Translations under genes and position numbers: made by a program
Assembly (NCBI RefSeq): GCF_048593235.1
Contig: NC_133618.1
Span: 230,878,221 to 230,942,220 of the forward strand
DNA length: 64,000 bases
Origin: Sminthopsis crassicaudata
Taxonomy: Eukaryota
Reading direction: 5' to 3'
Shown here: positions 23,871-37,404 of the stretch, one piece after another
Position numbering within the stretch: position 1 is the stretch's first letter
How the letters are laid out: each line of letters starts with the position of its first letter
The notes under the pieces: model-generated
The model's input: the letters and a program-made list of their open reading frames with translations, nothing else
Told to the model about the DNA's origin: nothing
The model's database searches: none

Positions 23871-25459
23871 CTGACATATCCTATTCTATTTTAGTAGTTA
23901 TTTAATATCAATTAGCTTTTGGAAAAGTATATTGTTTTTAAGATATAGCAAAAAAAAAAAAAAGTATAAAGATTTTCTTCCAACACTTCAATGGTACACC
24001 CCATTCTATAATATCTTATTCTTTGATGAGAATAAGATGTGACATGACTTCCCCATGAATCCTTATCTTGGCTATTGTTGGGCTAAGCCCCTGAATTTAC
24101 TCCATAATGATCTTTGGGGCACTGATTGTAAGCTAGCTACAAAACCTAGCATGGACTTAGCTCTCAGACTCCAGGATTCTCAGAAGCTTTTATTCTACAT
24201 CATTTGTTTTCTGTTTTTATTGTAGATCTCAGGTATTTTTTCAATTTTGCCAACCTTTTATCTTTAATATTTATTTTGTTATTTTCTTAATGTTATTGTT
24301 AATTTTCTTGTGTTATTGTGTTATACTCCATTTTTTTTGGAGAGAGGGGAGGAATTGCTCAGTTTCTGGGATAGGTCACAAATTCTCAGTTTTCATCAAG
24401 TGTGATAATTTCACTCCTTACTACTTTTCTCCAATTCTTAAATATTATATCTTTCATTCTTGGGATTCTCAGGTTACACATTTTCTTTTCTGGTGTTCTA
24501 GCTATAGTTTTTATAGAACACTTTTTCAGAGTTCTTTTGGAGCTTTTTGTCTTTGCATTTCTAACATTTGGCATACAGTTAGCTTAGTATATATTAATTG
24601 AATTGAAATGAACTGAGTGTGATCTCTTCATTGGAAGTTTTTGAAAATCAAGAAAGCATCAGACCCACAGAACTAGACTTACAAACAGCACTAGGGTACT
24701 TCCCCAGCTATAATTATTTGTTCACCATTCTAAGTCCCTTCAGATTCTATCATTCTGTGATCTTTTCAATTATTATTATTATTTTTTTCCATCTTCTATG
24801 TCAATTTTTCAGTCCTGTCACAGTGGGTGCTTAAAAATAGTCTCCCTTCTCCAGCCCTAGGAATTTTCTGTTGCTTCCAAGCATAGAATTTTGCAGGGTT
24901 TACATAGATCCCTCATCTGTCCCAAGTTCCCAGATCACATATGTGACTTTGTCAGGGTAAGAAATGAAAAAGACTGTTCATTCTTGCTCCATGGGACACT
25001 TCATATCATTGGGTCAAGGATACTATTAAGCTTCAGAAAGTAGGGGTTCTGTAAAGCTTCCCATCAAACTGCTTCCCACTTCTGTTTTTAATATTCTATC
25101 CCACTCATCAAGGGATGCAAAAGCTTGTAAACTGAAGAACCCCTCGTGTTTGCCAAGAACTACACTGCTCTTTTTCCAGATTCTGTGGTTTATTAATCCT
25201 CACCCCTAGACCAGAAATTCCATTACATATTAAAACTGTTTTCCAAATGCATCAGGAAAGGTCATTTCCTGTTTCTTTAAGGAAAAAAAATCGTATTTGC
25301 CAAAATCCACAAAGAGAAAAGAATCCATTTTCTAAAGGACAAGGAGAACAGAAATGAGGCTTATCCCATTGGAAAAAACTTCTCTTAGCAGGGAAGTTCT
25401 CAAAGTCATCCCCCTGTAGTAGAATGGATAGTAAATATAGTTCACATTTCTATGACATA

Positions 25460-25655
25460 TGATTGACAAACTAAGGCCCACGGGCCAAACCTACCTGCCT
25501 ATGTTTGCAAAGCCTGTAGACTGAGGATGTTTTTTTTTACATTTTAAAATATAATTTTATTGTATTTTTAAAATGTAACCATCATTATTAGCTCAGGCTG
25601 TACAAAAATGGGCAGAAGGCCAAATTTGACCCATGGGCCATAGTTTGTCCACCTT
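25460..25655. mobile_element. MER58-like hAT MITE
   Basis: TIRs gacaaactaaggcccacgggccaaa ... tttgacccatgggccatagtttgtc. Confidence 0.75.
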
Positions 25656-28600
25656 AATTCTTAAAGCACTTTTATCATAAAAATTCTGCAAAGTAGGAAA
25701 TATGAGTTATTATCATCCCCCTCTTAGACAAATGTAGAAAACTGAGGTTCAAAAGGGGGAAATTGTCTGAGTCATACAGTTAGTAAATGGCAAAATAAAG
25801 ACTCAAAATCGTGGCTATTAAGTCTAAGACTAGTGCTATTTGTATTACACTCTACTGCTTCTCAGAATATTGAAGTGATCACTTGATGTAAACATGATAA
25901 AGCCAACATGATAAATCTCCCAGAATCTTGTGCCCTAAAGTTCAATTCTTTTCAAATCAATAAAAATTCATTAAGTACTTATGTACCAGTTATGTACCAA
26001 ATTATGCTTGACCTAATTAGATACATCTACATTCTACAGAGGAAAAACATGTAAACCAAAATGCATATTCAAAATATACATAAAATAAAGACCAAGTAAT
26101 TTTGGTGGAAATGTGGAAAGTAAGAAATCATTTCACAAATGGGTGAATCAGGAAAAAGGATCTTAAGCTTAGCCATGAAGGTAACAAGTAATTCTAAGAA
26201 ATGATGGTGAAAAGGAAGAGAATTCCAGGCCTGAGGACAGCCTGTGGAAAGGAATGGTGACAAACACAACAGCAAAAAAAAAAAAAAAGTCTAGCAATGA
26301 GACCAATTTGTTGAAACACAAAAGTGTATCAAAGTAATATGAAATCAGTATAGAAAAATAAGTCAACCAGACTGTGAAGGGCTATAAATACCAAGCTGAG
26401 GAGTGTGGTTTTTAATCCATGAAACAATCAGCAGATGCTTAAGTGAGGGGAAAACATGGCTGGAATTGTATTTTAGGAATATTAATTTAGCAACTGTGTG
26501 GGGAATAGATTGGAGCAAGGAGAACCTAGAAGCTGAGAGACCAATGAGGAGGTGAGAGGAGATGAGGTGATTGTGTGAATAGAGGGAAGGGAGAAAATAA
26601 AGGAAGTATGTGAAGGCAGAATTAACAAGATCTGAAAACTGACTGGGTATGGGCAGTGACAGAGGCAGACAGAAGAGTCAGGGATGTCAAAGTATATGAA
26701 CTGGCAGAAACAGGGAAATTAGGAAGAGGGTTGGATTGGTGGGATAAGAAAAGAAGTTCTGTCTTGGTAATATATCTGTGAGACAGAGATGTAGGAGGTA
26801 CAGTGGATAGAGTGCTGTAAGTAAATTGTATTTGGAGTCAGCAAAATCTAAATTCAAATCTTGTCTGGTATCTGGCCGTATGATTCTAGGCAGATCTCCT
26901 GACATCAAGCCTCAGTTTCCTTACTTATAAAACAGAGTAACAACAGAGTTATCGTGAAGACTTCAGAAGTAAAATGTTTTGCAAACCTTAAAGTTCCATA
27001 TAAATGGTAGTTATTATTGCTATTATTTTTATATTCCATTCATTTTGAGATGTAAGGGGAAAGCCAGTTGGCAACTGGCAAAATATGATCAGAGTTCAGA
27101 TATGAGTATAGTCTATGTAGATAGGGTATATAGAGTAGAGATGATAGCTAAACTCACACAAGTTGATAGAATCACCAAGACAGAAGAGAGTAAAGAGAAG
27201 GAGAGAGAAATAAACAAGAGAAAGAGCAAAGAGTGAGAAGGGTCCAGTACAGAGCTCTGGAGAATACACACAGATTGATAGTAGTACATGGAAGATGACC
27301 CTGTAAAGAAGACTAAGAAAAAATAATCAAACACGAGAAAGATCCGCTATAAAAATAAAGGAAGATAAAAGCATCCAGACGGAAAGAGGGGATAACAAGA
27401 TTAAATGTTGCTAAGAAACAGGATGGAGATTGAGAGGTCATTGGATTTAGCTATTAAATAATTACTGGTGATTTTGGAGAGCAATTTTAGGTGAATGGTA
27501 GGGTTAGAGGCCAGGAAAGAGAGGTGAAAAAGTAGAGGCAGTAAATAAGGACAGATTTTTAAAATGTGTTTTGTTGTGATAATGATACAGGACAATAATA
27601 GTTTTGAGGGAATGGTAGCTATAGGGTAGTTGTAGATTTAGTTGGGCTAATGGACTAGAAACCACTATTTAATCTGTAGCAGGGAGAAAGAAATGAAAAT
27701 GAGCACCCAGAAATATAGAGCAAGGTTCCTGTTGTTTGTTGTTTGAGCACAGGGATTAAGCAGGGAAGGGGGCAGGAGATAAGGAATTTGAAAATTAGAG
27801 AAAGAGAAAAGGGGAATTAAAGGGTCAGCTTCTATAGATAAAGGGAGCTTGAGAGGGGGTGGGATCCAGTTCATAAGTGATCTCAGCAAAATAAAGAACC
27901 ATATATTCTTCAAATACTAAGGCTGATGATGGCAGATATAGTTGAGGCTTAGAATTGAGAAGAGGAAACAGTTAACTTGTCTATTCCCAAACCTCTTCCT
28001 GAAGCTTTTCCAGCATGAGAGAATCTGCTCTTTATAATGTAATGACACAGGCTTCAAGAATGCAAGGTCTTCCACACTAAAATGAGGCAGTGAATGGAGC
28101 ACAGGAAATAGGGAGTCAAGAAGACTAGAGTTCAAATCTTATCTCAGATAGTTATTGGTTATATAAGCCATTTAACCCCTGGGCACATTATTTAACCCCA
28201 ATCTGACTCAAGTTCCTCAACTGTAAAATGGGACAATAATAACATATATGCCCTAGAGTTGCTGTCAAGATTATATAATATTTCAAAAGTGTTTAGCATA
28301 GTACTTAGCACACATAGGCACTTAGTAAAGGCTTGTTTCCTTTTCTCTTTTCCCTATGCTTTCCCCAGATTCAGCCAGGGATTTCTTGGCAAAGATACAA
28401 GGGGAGTTTCCAGATCATTTTACAGATGAGGAAACTGAGGCAAATAGGGTGAAGAAACTTGCCCAGAGTTACACAATTTGTGTTTGAGACCAAATTTAAA
28501 TACTCAAATCTTCCTAACTCCAGGCCCAGAAATCCATCCATACACCATCTAGCTGCCTAAGGATAACAATACTACACAATTACTGAGAAGTATAGAATAT

Positions 28601-29089
28601 AAGGAAGTGATTGGTCAATGTGATGAAATATAAGCTAGTAGTAATAACTCACCTCTATACTTCACATCTGAGAAGTCTAAGGCTCAAAAGAGAGAAGGAA
28701 ATGGCTTACTCAATATCATGTAAATCTAAGTGACAGAGTTAAAACTCAAAACTAGGCCTTCTAATTCTAAGTCCTTTCCACTACACAAAAAGCATAGTTT
28801 TACTTGGGGAAAAGCGAAATAACAATAACAGCTAGGATTTATATATCATTTTAAGATTTGCCAATTGTTTTATAAAGATCTTATCTTTACAACAACCCTG
28901 GGAGATAGGCACTATTGTTATCCTCATTTTATGGATATGGAAACTGAGGTAGAGGTTAAGTGATTTGCTCAGGGTCCCATAGCTAGGAAGATCTAAAGCT
29001 GGATGTGAATTTAGGTCTTCCTGATTCCAGATGTAGCTCTCCAGTCAATTAGTTGCTCCAAACTATTAATCCATGTTTATATAGTGTTT

Positions 29090-30045
29090 ATTATTTGCCA
29101 GACAATGCTAAATGCTAGGGATCCAAAAAGAGGCAAAAGATATCTTTTGTCCTCTAGGAGTCTGATATCTAATGGGAGATTCAACATGCAAACAAATATA
29201 GTCAAGGCAAGTTATATTTGGAATAAATAGGAAATAATTCACAGAAAGAAGACACTAAAATTAAGAGGAATTGGAAAAAGCTTCCAGTAAAAGATGGGAT
29301 TCTAGTTTGGACTCAAAGGAAGGCAGGGAAGTCAGTAGGTGGGGCTAAGGAAGGAAAGGATTCCTTGTAAGGGGCCAGCCTGAGATTGACATCATTGGAC
29401 TGGGCTACATGTGGAGAATAAGATATAAGAAAACTGGAAAGGGGGTGGGGTTAGATCATGAAAGGCTTTGAATGCCAAATGTGCTTTTTTATTTGCTATA
29501 GGAGTTGACGGAGAGCCACTGTAGTTCCTTGAGTGGGGAGGTGAAGAGGAGCTAGGGAAGTAACATGAATGGATGCCTTGTATTTTCTGAAAATCACAGT
29601 AGTGTCTGAAAGGAAAATGAATTAAAGAGTGAGGAGAGGCTTAAGGCAGGGAGCTCAACCTGCTGGCTATTGTTATGGGAGGTGATAGGGCCTGCTAGCA
29701 GTGACAGAGAAGATAAAGAGCCATATTTGGTAGAGGATGTAAAGGTGAGATCGACAGGCCTTGGCCACAGTTTGATGATGGGGAGTCAGAAGTAATGAGG
29801 AGTCAAGGATGACTCCCAGCTAGGAGAGTGATGTCCTCTGGAGTAGCAGGGAAGTTTAGGGAGAGGGAGATAATGAGTGTGGTTTGGGCTGTGTTTAGCT
29901 TAAGATGTCTAGTAGACATCTAACTTGAGATGTCTGAAAGACAGAGTTGAGAATGGGAGTGAGCAGAGTGTCTGGGGCAAAATAAGATAGATTTGAGAAT
30001 CATCAACATGGAGATGGTAAATAAGTCCATGGGAACTGATGAGAT
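29090..30045 (-). mobile_element. L2 LINE fragment (other L2 pieces ~26000-27910)
   Basis: Minus-strand ORF 29909-30121 contains YHLHVDDSQIY, a decayed L2 RT YADD motif. Confidence 0.7.
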
Positions 30046-32005
30046 AATGATCTATTTTAGGTTTTTTATTTGGTACCTGGGCCTGGCTTACCAGGGGAAG
30101 TCTAATGGACAAGGGAGGCAATCATCTGGAGTAACCTTTCTGATTCCCCACAATGTCAGGGCTAGCAAACACATGTTACAGTTCTGCTGGAGCCAAGCCC
30201 ACAGAATGAGATTACAAAGGAAAACATGTGGCTAGGGAGGGCAAGAAAGAAAGGGAGGCTAAAGCCAGGAGGTTGGGTTCAAAAGCAGCCACAGAGAAGG
30301 GGAACTCTAGTAAAGAGAGATGAACCAGGAGTCAAGAGACCTGGTCCTTACCCAGTCTTACTCCCAATCCCTGTTCGACCTTGCCCAAACCACTTCCTTT
30401 CCCAAGGCCTCTGTTTCCTCCTATGTAATGAGAGGGTAAAGAAGGGCAATCTCTGTTATCCCTTTTAGCTTTAATGACATATTCTAAGACTCCTGTCTCT
30501 GATATTATTTATTATATTTTATGATGCCAATTCCCGCTCTAACATTCTGCCCTAAGGTCTCTCAAAGGTCACACATTAACTGACACAAACCAGGCTTTGA
30601 ACCTAAATCTCCTGGTTCTCCTCATGAGAACCACTGAAAATTTGACAGCTATGATATACGAAGACTTAACCTTTCCAATGAGTACTTCTTTGGAGTGTGA
30701 CACTAAGGAAACAGAACCCAATCGCAGGGCTTTATATGATGGCAAGATGATCCTGTGCTGAGTTCCTGATCATTCTAACACCAAAGGAAAATCATCCTCC
30801 TCCATCCTCTTAAAACAAGAATTCTCAACAAGAATCACAGGATAAAATTTTTTTGTAAGACTTGGCAGCTAAGAAGCTCCCAAATAAAGAGGAATTCCTC
30901 AGAAAAATCCTGACTTTAACCTTGGAGAAACCAGAATTCTAAAATTCATAATGATTTCATACTTTACCAATTAAAAAGTCCTGAACTTATAAAGTTATAA
31001 AAAACAGGTTCAAATCCTAGCTGTGCCATTCATTTGCTATTCGGTTTTAGGCAAATCACTTCTCATTTCTTCACCTTGGGTATCTATAAAGGATAATAAT
31101 TCCCTCTGAGCTTTCCACATGGAATTGTAATAACCAAATAAAGTAATAGATGGCATCCCAGCAATTCTTTCTTTCTAGATACTTTTTCAGTTCTTTATCC
31201 CCATTGCACATAGAATAATGGTTTGTTGTCCATTGCCCCTATTAAGTCTATAGACTGTTAAAAAAAAACAAAACTTCTCTAAAGAGAAAAACACTGTTCT
31301 ATGTGGAATATTAATGGATGTAGCTTTCTGTTGGGAAACATCTGTGTTCAGAAAACTCAAAGAATCTAACCAAACTGTCTTGAAAACAGAGCAAGCAGAA
31401 CAGTACAGTAGTAGACAGTTCTAGTCTCTGACATTAATTCACTATAGGACCTTGGGTGAATCACTTTATTTCTCTGGGCCTCAGTTTCCTCATATGAGGA
31501 AAATCCTCAAATGAGAGAACTAGATAAGATAACCCCTCTACAATCTCTTAGAGTTCTAAAATTCTGGGTTCTAAGAATCCTTTTCTGTTGGACACTGCAT
31601 GCTGTATTTTCTAAAGTCCCTTTGGGCTTTAAATAACTTTCTGTATTCCATGTTTTAAGGTACCTTCTAGCAGTGATATTCTGTGCTCTATGTTCCAGGA
31701 ATTTTTCCAGCTTTAAACATCCTATGAAAATCTAATTCTATGTAACTATAAAGCTCTTTATAAATATAAGCTATTGTAATAATTCACCATTTGGTGAAAT
31801 TCTGCTGGACAAATAGTTTTCTTGGGCTTATCAGAAAACTGATCTCTTTTGGAGGTAGTGGGGGGAAGGGTCTGACCAAAAATTAACTTACATTTTTTTA
31901 ATGCTTAGGTGAATCTTTAGTTTTGTTTGTCTCATACCAGGGCCTTGCTGATCCTAGAATATCAAAGTTGCGAAGGTCCTTGGAAATGCACAATGTTATT
32001 AGCTT

Positions 32006-32290
32006 TTTTTTTTTTTATTGAAAACAAAGTCACTTTATTATAAATTTTTTTTGACAGTATATATGCATGAGTAATTTTTTTTTATAATATTATCCCTTGT
32101 AATCATTTTTCCAAATTACCACTTCTCTCCCTCTACTCCCTCCCCTAGATGACAGGCAATCCCATACATTTTACATGTGTTACAGTATAACCTAGATACA
32201 ATATATGTGTGTAAATCCAATTTTCTTGTTGCACGTTAAGTATTAGATTCCGAAGGTATAAGTAACCTGGGTAGATAGATAGTAGTGCTA
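32006..32290 (-). mobile_element. Short 5'-truncated L1 insertion
   Basis: L1 3' UTR with poly-T on +; 16-bp direct repeat ACAATGTTATTAGCTT (31990-32005, 32291-32306). Confidence 0.9.
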
Positions 32291-33309
32291 ACAATGTTAT
32301 TAGCTTGAAGGAATATGTCTTAAAGCATATGACCACCTATTTTAATCTCCTATCGATGAAGAAATTGAGCTTCAAAGAAGGAATGATCAATAACCAAGTA
32401 ATGATCAATCATGTAGCACCATAGCAAGTCTCTAAGCAAGCAATTATCTGCCCCCAAGGCTCCACCAGTCTGTCTCCTCATTAAGCCTCATGAGGAGAGG
32501 CTCAAGAAGATTCATGTCTTGCCCAACTCATCCACATCAGAAAGGGCTGGGGCAAGATTGGAACCTAAGGCTCTTATTTCTGAGTTCAGCATGCTTTCTA
32601 ATACAATTTGCAGCCCTTTCTTCAAACATGGTCCACCTAAAGGCCAACATTCCTTTGGTCAACGGCCTTATATTATTATTTTCCCCTCTTATTTGATGGG
32701 AGGTCCCAGGCCCTTCTCCCACTCTCCGCCTAATCAATCTCAAAGCTGATGAGGTCATTCTCATGTGGGGTTAGCCTAAACACACTCTGTCCTCATTCCT
32801 TTCTCTTTCAGCTGTAAGATGGAGAGGAGGCTCAAAAGTCAGGCAAAAACACTCTCTGCCTCTTATTAAGTCTGCCAGCACTGGGGGAGGCAAGATCCTG
32901 GCTTGTATCATTATAGAAAGGGGCTTGCAGAGGCCACTCTCTTCATATACCTGGATGGCTTCCCAGATTATACTTTAGTTTTTTAATGGCTCTACATAGA
33001 ACATCTATATCCAAGATGAACCTCCACAATTCATAGGAAAGAAAGTAATCTACCTACTTTAATAATATTCATTCAGTCAACAAATATTCATTAAACAATT
33101 GCCACATCAGGGTCTTTTGCTAGGTGCTAGGGAGACATAGATAAATAAGTAGTCCTCTTCCTTCAAAGAACCAATGGTAGAGTATTAGTAATACTCAGCA
33201 TTTCTAGAGTACTTTATACCTCAAAATAAGGAACATGAAGGAATACTAGGCCTGGAATCATTATACCTGAGTTACTCTGCTGCCTATCACTCCTGTGACT
33301 TTGAACACA

Positions 33310-33742
33310 TTTTTACATTCAAAGATCATGAAGAATGAGAAAGGTGCCATAATATTGGGGAAGGGAAAGTGTCCTAGTTTTCAAGAAAAGAGAAACAAGA
33401 TCTTAAAATTGCAAGCCAGTGAGCTTGTCTTTGATTTTGGATTAGATCATTAAAGAGAGAGCTGCAAATATCTAGAAAGGGAAGCAAGATAATTACAGTC
33501 AGGACTTTACTAAAAACAGGTTATGCCTACTAACCTCATTTCCTTTTTTAATAAGATTACTAAATCATGAGTGAAGGCAACAAGATACAGTTTTTCTATA
33601 CTTGTGAAAAACTTTTCATAAAATATCTCATACTATGCTTGTGGAAAAGATGAGATACCAACTAAATGACTAAACAAGTAGATAGATTGAGATTGGCTGG
33701 ATGCTCAAACTTAAAGAGCAGCTGGTTAAAGGTTCAATATCA
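33310..33742 (+). mobile_element. CR1/L3 RT fragment
   Basis: Decayed match to CR1 RT motifs (RPVSL, TNLISF, LDFSKAF region). Confidence 0.7.
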
Positions 33743-33744
33743 AT

Positions 33745-34135
33745 ATATCATTCATCCCTACTGAAATTCCTTCATTTAATTTCATTCCTATTTGGCCCAA
33801 CATTTCAGCTTGTCAAGCCTCTTGGATCTTGACTCTCTTATCCAATGTGTTAGCTATCTCTCTCAATTTTGTGTCACCTGTAAACTTAATAAGTGCATTT
33901 TCTGTGTTTAGCCTGACACTAATTTTTAAAAGAACAAAACATCAGAGGGACAACTACAGATCCCTGGAACTCTTCTCTAAAGACCTTTTTTAGGTCTAAC
34001 ATTCAATGAGTTCAATGATTCCACCTAACTGTAATCTCATCTAATCTATATCATGCCATCTATTCCTCCTGCCCCAACTTCCACAAAAATAGCATGAGAG
34101 AGTTTCTCTAGATTTACATCTCGGTGAACTATGTC
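33745..34135 (-). mobile_element. CR1/L3 RT fragment, facing the preceding one
   Basis: Minus strand reads like GVPQGSVL...LIKFADDTKL. Confidence 0.7.
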
Positions 34136-34642
34136 TCCTCTTTCCCCCAGTCTTTCAAAGATTACTGACAGTGCCCCAGCAGTCATACTGTTAGTTCTTT
34201 AGGTACCTGAAGATAGCATTCATCTTTGCCAAGTGATTTGAATTCTTCAAGGACAGCTGGGTACTCTTCCACCATTTTTTGACTCAGGTATCAACTGCCT
34301 AGGAGGCATGCTTTTTCTCAGGATCATTCTCTTTGTCAGAGAAAGCAGAAGCCAAGGAAGGATGGAGATCCACATTCTGTCTTTGGGGACTATCGCCACA
34401 ACCCTATCCTTTATGGATTATCTTTTGTTGTTAAAACATAAGTTCCTATAGGACAGGGGCTAGCAACTGCTTTGCATTTGTGTTCTCAGTACTAAACATA
34501 GGGCCTGGCACACTAAATATTTAATCAATGCCCTTTTCTTCATTTAACAACCTCTTAATTTGTCTCTTTTCTCAAGTCTCTTTTGTTTCCAACTTTTATT
34601 CATATGTGTGTGTGTGTGTGTGTATACATATATATATATATA

Positions 34643-35062
34643 CTTTTTTATTTATAAGACATATGCATGGGTAATTTTTCAGCATTGAGAATTGCAAAAC
34701 CTTTTGTTCTAGTTTTTCCCCTCCTTCCCCTCCCTGCCCCAGATGGCAGGTCGATTAATACATGTTAAATATGTTAAAGTATAAATTAAATACAATATAT
34801 GTATACATGTCCAAACAGTTGTTTTGCTATAAAAAAAGAGTCGGACTTTGAAATAGTGTACAATTAGCCTGTGAAGGAAATCAAAAATGCAGGTGGACAA
34901 AAATAGAGGGACTGGGAATTCTATGTAGTGGTTCATAGTAATCTCCCAGAGTTCTTTCACTGGATGTAGCTGGTTCAATTCATTACTGCTCTATTGGAAC
35001 TGATTTGGTTCATCTCATTGTTGAAGAGGGCCACGTTCATCAGAATTGATCATCATATAGTA
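34643..35062 (-). mobile_element. L1 3' UTR fragment (second subfamily)
   Basis: Closely similar to 54960-55380; next to a (TG)n(TA)n microsatellite. Confidence 0.85.
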
Positions 35063-35844
35063 CTCCAACTTGTATTCTGAAAACACAAATCTGACCATCT
35101 CATTTCCTATGGTCAATTAACAACAGTGATATCTTACAATCTCTGGGATCAAGTACAAAACTTTTGCTACATGGCATCTAAAATCTTTTACTGCCTAGTT
35201 ACAATCTATCTTTCCAGTCTTATTAATATGCATTATACCCCTTTATATCCTCCTATGGGTCCAACCAAAATGGCCTTATTTAAACATATATCACTTTATC
35301 TTCAGTTTCTGCACCTTTGCAAAGATCTTTCCCCAGGCCTAGAGTGCTCTCCCTCTTAACTTTTGCTTCTTACACTACCAAGCTCAGCTCTAGTACCACC
35401 TCCCCCATGAGGCTTTTCCTTATCCCCCCAGCTGCTCATGCTTTCCCCCTGACCAATTACTTTATGAGATACATGTGTGTTTCTGTACATGTATGTGTCT
35501 ATATATGTCAAGTTACTTTTTGATGGATGGGTGTGTATATGTACACACATATATATGTACAGTTATCTTTTCATTTTTTTGTCTTTCTATTCCCAATGTC
35601 TATTAAAGTGCCTGGTATATAGCAGGCACTTAATGTTTATTAAATCACTGATCACCAGGTCTCATAATATTTCCATTTATTTATTACTGTAAAATAGTCT
35701 TGCAAAAAAAGGTGCACCAAAATTTATGAAAGAAATGCTGTATGGCTTATAATGAGATGTTCTGATCATCTTAATTTATTAGCTCATTCAAAGAAAAAGT
35801 TTAGAAGTAACAATTATGATGAATATATTAATAAGTATGATCAC

Positions 35845-36810
35845 CAGAGAAATGCAAATTAAGACAACTCTGAGATACCACTATACACCTGTCAGATTGG
35901 CTAAGATGACAGGAACAAATAATGATGAATGTTGGAGGGGATGTGGGAAAACTGGGACACTGATACATTGTTGGTGGAGTTGTGAAAGAATCCAACCATT
36001 CTGGAGAGCAATTTGGAACTATGCCCAAAAAGTTATCAAACTGTGCATACCCTTTGATCCAGCATTGCTGTTATTGGGATTATATCCCAAAGAAATACTG
36101 AGAAGGGGAAAGGGACCTGTATGTGCCAAAATGTTTGTGGCAGCTCTTTTCGTAGTGGCTAGAAACTGGAAGATGAATGGATGTCCATCAACTGGAGAAT
36201 GGTTGGGTAAATTATGGTATATGAAGGTTATGGAATATTATTGCTCTATAAGAAATGACCAGCAGGAGGAATAGAGAGAGGTTTGGAGAGACTTACATCA
36301 ACTGATGCTGAGTCAAATGAACAGAACCAGAAGATCGCTATACACTTCAATGTTGTATGAAGAGGTATTCTGATGGAAGTGGATATCTTCAACATAAAGA
36401 AGATCCAACTCACTTCCAGTTGATCAATGATGGACAGAAATAACTACACCCAGAAAAGGAACACTGGGAAGTGAATGTAAATTGTTAGCACTACTGTCTA
36501 TCTACCCAGGTTACTTACATCTTCGGAATCTAAAACTTAATGTGCAACAAGAAAATGGTATTTACACACATATATTGTATCTAGGTTATATTGTAACACA
36601 TGTAAAATGTATGGGATTGCCTGTCATCGGGGGGAGGGAGTGGAGGGAGGGGGGGGATAATTTGGAAAAATGAATACAAGGGATAATGTTATAAAAAAAA
36701 TAACTCATGCATATATACTGTCAAAAATTTTTATAATTAAAAATAAATAAATAAATAAATTTTTAAAAAGGAAATGAAAGACAGCAACCACCAACCCCCC
36801 CACCAAAAAA
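35845..36810 (+). mobile_element. 5'-truncated L1 with open ORF2 C-terminus, 3' UTR and extended tail
   Basis: ORF 35816-36274 ([15 protein letters not shown]...HCWW...MEYY); TSD AATAAGTATGATCAC (35830-35844, 36811-36825). Confidence 0.95.
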
Positions 36811-37404
36811 AATAAGTATGATCACTACAATGATGGAATGGCATTATGAATAATGTAAAAATTAACCTCAAAGTAATCTGCAAGGCATCTGAAGCACTTC
36901 TAGAGTTAGAAGATTGAGAACTTGAGAACTGTTGCATCTACCCATGCCCACATATATGGGGCTTTAGCATAGATACTTGGAGAGTGTCTATTATATAAGG
37001 TGGCTCTTGTCTGTTTTAGCTTCACCACCATGCATCAATTTTTACCCACTGTTTCAGTATTTGTTTAAATGACTTTAATGCAAACATTTGGTATGCAGGA
37101 AAAACTGGTATCATACCCAGTTTTATTAGCAAATTTTCTCCTTATTAAATTTTCTTAACAGTCCCATATAAATCTTGTAAGAAACTGTTCACATCTAATT
37201 AAAATTAAGTAACACGTTCTGTCTTAAGTATGACATACAGTGTATGAAATATTAAATTTTAAGGCACCATGGCATAGAGAAGGGGCCTCAAATATTAGTG
37301 TGTAATTTTAGGTAAAGCACTTCACCTCTCCAGGCCTCAGTTTACTCATCTATTAAATGGGGATAGTAATTTTTGTAAACTCTAAAGTATTATATGAAGA
37401 GGTT

